Shown: positions 59,853 to 64,000 of the stretch, in pieces
How positions within the stretch are numbered: position 1 is the stretch's first letter
Layout: every line of letters begins with the position of its first letter
DNA from: Candidatus Binatus soli
GTDB taxonomy: Bacteria; Desulfobacterota; Binatia; Binatales; Binataceae
NCBI GenBank assembly: GCA_002479255.1
Contig: DLMJ01000042.1
Coordinates: 16,942 to 80,941 of the forward strand
Direction: 5' to 3'
Length of the DNA stretch: 64,000 nt
The notes under the pieces: model-generated
Told to the model about the DNA's origin: nothing
Database searches by the model: none
The model's input: the letters and a program-made list of their open reading frames with translations, nothing else
Translations under genes and position numbers: made by a program

Positions 59853-60207
59853 ATCTCCTGATTTCGATGTTACGTTCGCGCCCGAACTGTCAGCGAACGC
59901 GGGGGAGACTGACAAGAGATTCCGCGTTCTCAAGCTTGGTGCCGCTGGTTCGGCGATGAGTTTTGCACCGACCAGAGTGGTAAAACGTAACCAAAGCTAT
60001 GCCTGAGCTGCATGGCTGGGCGGACGCGTGTGCGCCAATCCCCACGGTTCTTGCGGTCCAGTTGGGCCCGAGATAGCGGCGGTCGCGGAGCGCGATCGAA
60101 CTTTGCGATGGCTGGGGAGATGGGCCGAAAGGTCGCTATTTGCCGAGCCCCGTCTCCGAGACTCGGCGCGCCATTCTCGTCCGGTTCGGTATGCGGGAAA
60201 TACGATC

Positions 60208-62988
60208 ATGAAGATGGGCAATCATTCGATCCGGGTCACTAAGCGGACTGCGAGCCTGTTCGGCGCGTTAGCAACGGTTGCGGCGCTTGTCTGGTTCGCA
60301 AGCACACCTGTAGAGGCTCAGTTTTTGCCGACAGCACCAGCGCCGCCCCCGGGGTCATCCTCGACGAGCGACGAACCGGTAATCGCTCCGCCCGACACGG
60401 CCAGTTCGGGAACAGTCGACAGCGGGGCCGCTCCGGGCGCACCTATATCCCTTTCCCCGGCACAGATTGAGCAGGCACGCTCGATGATTGGAAATGGCGC
60501 CGCTTCGCCGGAGGCGATACAGCGTCTGTGCGCGGGAGTGGCGGCCAAGCACTTGACTGCCGACCAGATAGACTCCACCGCCGCGTCCCTGGGACTATCG
60601 GGCGAGCAAATTGCGGAACTCAAAAACTGTGCATCCTCTGCGAGCACGGCGCCGCCGGAGGCGAGTCCGCGCGCGAACTCTTCAAGCTCAAGTCAGACTC
60701 CGGGAGGTCCGGTCGGCACTGCGGCGAGTGCGAACGGCGAGAGTCTGTCATCGATCGAAGGCTCCTTTCGTTCGCTCGCCGCCCCATCGCAACAGGTGCA
60801 CAATCCGACTCCCTCAAATCTGCGCCAGTTCGGCTACGCCTTGTTCAGCGGCCCGGTCTCAACCTTCGCACCGCTCGGTGACGTGCCGGTTGGTGCGGAT
60901 TACGTATTGGGTCCTGGCGACGAGCTCAATTTGCTGATGTGGGGCCGCGTCAACCGCACCTCGCGTCTCAAGGTCGAGCGGGACGGCAGCGTGCTGATTC
61001 CGGAGATCGGGCCGGTGGAAGTGTCCGGCCTGACTTTCGAGCAAGCGAAGAAGCTTATCGAGAGCCGTGCCGGACAGATCACGGGTGTGCAAGTGGACGT
61101 GACGATGGGTTCGATCCGCACCATTCAGGTGTTCGTGATCGGCAAGGTTGAGCATCCGGGGCTTTTCACGGTCAGCGCGCTGTCGCACGTGTCTAACGCG
61201 TTGGTCGCGTCGGGCGGCATCAGCAAGATCGGCACGCTGCGAAGGGTCGAGCTACGACGGGGCAATCAGCTGATCCGCGAGATCGATCTCTATGACATGC
61301 TCCTGCATGGCAAAACGTCGGCTGACGTGCGCCTGGAGCAGGGCGACGTAATCTTCGTGCCGGTAATCGGCAACGTAGTAGGGGTGACCGGGGATGTGAA
61401 AGACCCCGCCATTTACGAGCTGCGCGGCCAGGAAGATTTGGCAGCGGTGCTCCGTATGGCGGGTGGAGTCGGCGCCTTCGGCTATTCGCAACGCCTGCAG
61501 GTTGAGCGCATCAACAACCACGAACATCGGGTTGACATCGACGTGGCATTGTCGAGCCGGCAGTTCAGCAGTTTCGCGGTGCGCGATGGCGATCTGGTCA
61601 AGGTCTACACCGTGCTGCCGGAGCGCAACAACGTCGTGACACTTAAGGGCAACGCACGACGCCCAGGGGTCTACGAGTGGCGGCCTTATATGCGGGTGTC
61701 GGATTTGATCGGCGAAGGCGAGGGCGTCGCCGATCATACCTATTTCGGCTATGCGCTCATCCGTCGGATCGAGGGTCCCGATCGCCGCGTTCACTATCTG
61801 CCGGTCGACCTCAGCGCCGCGCTGCGCAGCCCCGCTTCGGGACAGGTCAACCTCGTCCTTGAGCCGCGCGACGAACTGACGGTTTATGCAGAGACCGACA
61901 TTGGCGATCTCCCCCATGTGAGCATCACCGGCTCCGTCCGCAAGCCCGGCAGCTACGTGCTGAGCTCGGGGATGCGCGTAAGTGATCTGGTTTATGAGGC
62001 TGGGGGTATCAAGGAGAGCGCCTACCTGAACAAGGCCGAACTCGCGCGCGTTAAAGTCGTCGATGGCACTGCGCGGTTCCTGTACCAGGACATTGCGCTC
62101 GGTAGCGCGCTCGATGGCGTAGGGGGCGAGGATCCGGCGCTGGAGACCGGCGATCACCTTTTCGTCGCCGAAGCGTCCAACTGGCACCAACCGTGGACCG
62201 CGGTGGTCGAGGGAGAAGTAATGCGGCCCGGGCCCTACGTGATTCGCGAAGGTGAGCGGCTGAACTCCTTGCTGGAACGTTGCGGCGGGCTGAGAGCTGA
62301 CGCCTATCTTGAGGCCACGGTATTCGTCCGCGAATCGGTTCAGGACTTGGAGCAGAAGGAGCTGGACGACAGCCGCCGCCGGCTCCAGGCAGACGCCGCG
62401 CGGCTCGCGATGATGCCGAAGCAGCAGTCCGCAAATAACAATACGGCGCAGACCCTTGAGGTAGTGCAGCGGGTGCTCACAGAGACCCAGTCGCAGCAAG
62501 CAACCGGGCGCGTGATTCTGCACTTGCAGTCACTGGACCGACTGCCCTCCTCGCAGGACGACATCGTTCTCCAGCAGGGGGACAAAGTCATAGTTCCCAA
62601 GCGTCCCTCGACCGTGGCGATCCTGGGCCAGGTCTTCAATCCAAGTGCGATCGTCTACGAACGGGGCCGCTCGGTGAGCGACTACCTGCAGCGCTCGGGC
62701 GGACCGACGCAGTGGGCCGACACGGACCACATCATGCTGATCCGCGCCAGCGGCGACATCGTCACCGACCAGAGTATACGCCATAGCGGGAAAGCGGCGT
62801 TGTTTCCGTTGCTGCCGGCGATCTCGGGCGGCCTGATGGGCGTCGAGGTCGAACGCGGCGACACGATCTATGTGCCGGAGACCCTGCGGTACGTTGACGA
62901 GATGCAGGAAGCCAAGGACATCACGCAGATCATCGTCAACGCCGCGACCTCGCTCGCGGTGCTTGGAATTCTGGCGACCAATCTTTAA
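60208..62988 (+). CDS. Large polysaccharide export outer-membrane protein (Wza/KpsD family: Poly_export domain plus multiple SLBB beta-grasp repeats), 926 aa
   Basis: Signal peptide; GADYVLGPGDELNLLMWG Poly_export motif; repeated GDVIFVP / GDTIYVP SLBB-type segments. Start at ATG 60208; the track's upstream extension is rejected. Confidence 0.85.
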   Translation: MKMGNHSIRVTKRTASLFGALATVAALVWFASTPVEAQFLPTAPAPPPGSSSTSDEPVIAPPDTASSGTVDSGAAPGAPISLSPAQIEQARSMIGNGAASPEAIQRLCAGVAAKHLTADQIDSTAASLGLSGEQIAELKNCASSASTAPPEASPRANSSSSSQTPGGPVGTAASANGESLSSIEGSFRSLAAPSQQVHNPTPSNLRQFGYALFSGPVSTFAPLGDVPVGADYVLGPGDELNLLMWGRVNRTSRLKVERDGSVLIPEIGPVEVSGLTFEQAKKLIESRAGQITGVQVDVTMGSIRTIQVFVIGKVEHPGLFTVSALSHVSNALVASGGISKIGTLRRVELRRGNQLIREIDLYDMLLHGKTSADVRLEQGDVIFVPVIGNVVGVTGDVKDPAIYELRGQEDLAAVLRMAGGVGAFGYSQRLQVERINNHEHRVDIDVALSSRQFSSFAVRDGDLVKVYTVLPERNNVVTLKGNARRPGVYEWRPYMRVSDLIGEGEGVADHTYFGYALIRRIEGPDRRVHYLPVDLSAALRSPASGQVNLVLEPRDELTVYAETDIGDLPHVSITGSVRKPGSYVLSSGMRVSDLVYEAGGIKESAYLNKAELARVKVVDGTARFLYQDIALGSALDGVGGEDPALETGDHLFVAEASNWHQPWTAVVEGEVMRPGPYVIREGERLNSLLERCGGLRADAYLEATVFVRESVQDLEQKELDDSRRRLQADAARLAMMPKQQSANNNTAQTLEVVQRVLTETQSQQATGRVILHLQSLDRLPSSQDDIVLQQGDKVIVPKRPSTVAILGQVFNPSAIVYERGRSVSDYLQRSGGPTQWADTDHIMLIRASGDIVTDQSIRHSGKAALFPLLPAISGGLMGVEVERGDTIYVPETLRYVDEMQEAKDITQIIVNAATSLAVLGILATNL

Positions 62989-62995
62989 GGCGAGC

Positions 62996-63676
62996 ATGAG
63001 TCGCACTGCGATTATTCTGGTTGCGGCGTTTGGCCTGATGGCGATGGCCGGTACGGCCTACTGCGGCGCCTTACAAACCACTGTCGCTGGAAGCGACGGC
63101 CCGATCGACGATCGTGCGCTGATGGTCGCCGTGGGCGCGATGTTCCGGATCGATCCCGACTTGCTCGCGGCCATCGCGGTGGCCGAATCGGCCGGACGCG
63201 CCGACGCGGTTTCGCCGCGCGGCGCAATTGGGATTATGCAGTTGATGCCCGCAACCGCACAGAAATTTCGTGTCGACGATCCTTACGATCCGATCGATAG
63301 CGCGTTGGGCGCGGCCCGCTTCATCGACTTCATCCGTCTGCGTCAGGCTGCAGCTCTGCCCGACGGCAGCCTCGCCGATCTGCTGGCGGCGTACAACGCC
63401 GGCGAAGGCGCCGTCGAGCGCTACGGCGGTGTGCCGCCCTATGACGAGACCCGCGAATACGTCCGGCGGGTCTTGTGGCTGTATCTGGCGGGCATGCCAC
63501 CTCCGCGGGACGGGCCGAAAGTATCAGTATCAAAGATCACGCATAGGAAAGTCGCGCCGCATGTGCTGGTAAAGCGCGATGCCGATGCTGATGCACGCGC
63601 GCGCCTGGCCGAGCTCCGTCATGAGCGTGCCATGGCTCAATCGGCGCCACCCGCAACATCATTCGTCCAACGCTGA
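62996..63676 (+). CDS. Lytic transglycosylase (SLT domain) with a signal peptide
   Basis: AESAGRADAVSPRGAIGIMQLMPATA catalytic motif; AAGG SD 5 nt upstream. Confidence 0.8.
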   Translation: MSRTAIILVAAFGLMAMAGTAYCGALQTTVAGSDGPIDDRALMVAVGAMFRIDPDLLAAIAVAESAGRADAVSPRGAIGIMQLMPATAQKFRVDDPYDPIDSALGAARFIDFIRLRQAAALPDGSLADLLAAYNAGEGAVERYGGVPPYDETREYVRRVLWLYLAGMPPPRDGPKVSVSKITHRKVAPHVLVKRDADADARARLAELRHERAMAQSAPPATSFVQR

Positions 63677-64000
63677 CTCGTCGCCTCAAATTCGTCCCTG
63701 CCGCTTTGCTCGCGAGCCTGATACTCGCGATCGTCGCGGACGCGCGAGCGTCCACCTACGTGGTGTACATCCCGCTGGACAGCCCCATCTACGATCAGCT
63801 CGATACCCTTGACGGACTTGGTTACCTCGACGATTACCTGAGCGAAGTACGGCCGATCAGCCGCGTCGAGGCGGCCCGTCTCACGCGCGAGGCCGAGCGC
63901 AATGTGGATGACTCCGAGCGCAAAGATCCACTGGCGCGCGAGATGGTCTCGTCGCTCGATGCGCAACTCGCCGATGAAATCGGCTGGCTGCGCGCCAATC
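63673..64000 (+). CDS. Partial gene (runs off the window): secreted protein, N-terminus resembling capsule-assembly Wzi family (YIPLDSPIYDQLDTLDGLGYL); start codon unresolved
   Basis: Open frame from 63673 to the window end with a signal-peptide-like segment; no canonical ATG/GTG in frame (CTG/ATT/TTG candidates). Confidence 0.4.
   Translation, partial: MTRRLKFVPAALLASLILAIVADARASTYVVYIPLDSPIYDQLDTLDGLGYLDDYLSEVRPISRVEAARLTREAERNVDDSERKDPLAREMVSSLDAQLADEIGWLRAN

Overview
This is a high-GC (~65-68%), gene-dense bacterial chromosomal segment from a diderm organism. Gene content points to a Deltaproteobacteria-, Myxococcota- or Acidobacteria-like lineage, but that placement is inference. Most of the window is housekeeping. 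It holds uvrB, glgB, a yacG-lpxA pair and a System I cytochrome c maturation operon (ccmE-F-H-I'-A-B-C-D) whose CcmE carries a CxxxY heme-binding motif. It also holds a cbpA-cbpM chaperone pair, the conserved tilS-ftsH-folP-cdaA-cdaR-glmM block (c-di-AMP synthase module), pdxJ, nnr-tsaE and lysC-cimA. A long translation/tRNA-modification run follows (NifS/IscS-family cysteine desulfurase, mnmA, mtaB, rnc, era, der, guaA, gltX) with many 1-4 nt overlaps. Next come clpP, a disrupted copA and a tRNA-Phe on the minus strand. The last third holds gshB-rsmE-prmA on the minus strand, a GDPD phosphodiesterase, dnaG, a tRNA(CAU), a ThDP enzyme and a polysaccharide-export locus (giant Wza/KpsD-like protein, SLT transglycosylase, partial Wzi-like gene). 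The accessory-looking parts are: (i) three tandem OmpA-family lipoprotein paralogues at the 5' end, each with a 24-26-residue polyproline linker, duplicated terminator hairpins and 11-bp tandem direct repeats upstream; (ii) a ~1.1-kb low-GC island between tsaE and lysC with an IS transposase remnant, a small membrane ORF, two overlapping hypothetical genes and 22-bp direct repeats; (iii) a Cu-ATPase gene broken by a (3n+1) internal deletion but keeping a Cys/His-rich C-terminal module with its own Shine-Dalgarno, plus a nearby secreted His/Trp-rich repeat protein; (iv) a secreted Cys-rich protein with a long (Thr-Ala)n tail encoded by a hexanucleotide microsatellite, diverging from the Wza-like gene across a 550-bp region that contains a near-perfect sigma-54 promoter. 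No CRISPR array and no rRNA were seen. Many long antisense ORFs in the track are GC-bias artefacts.
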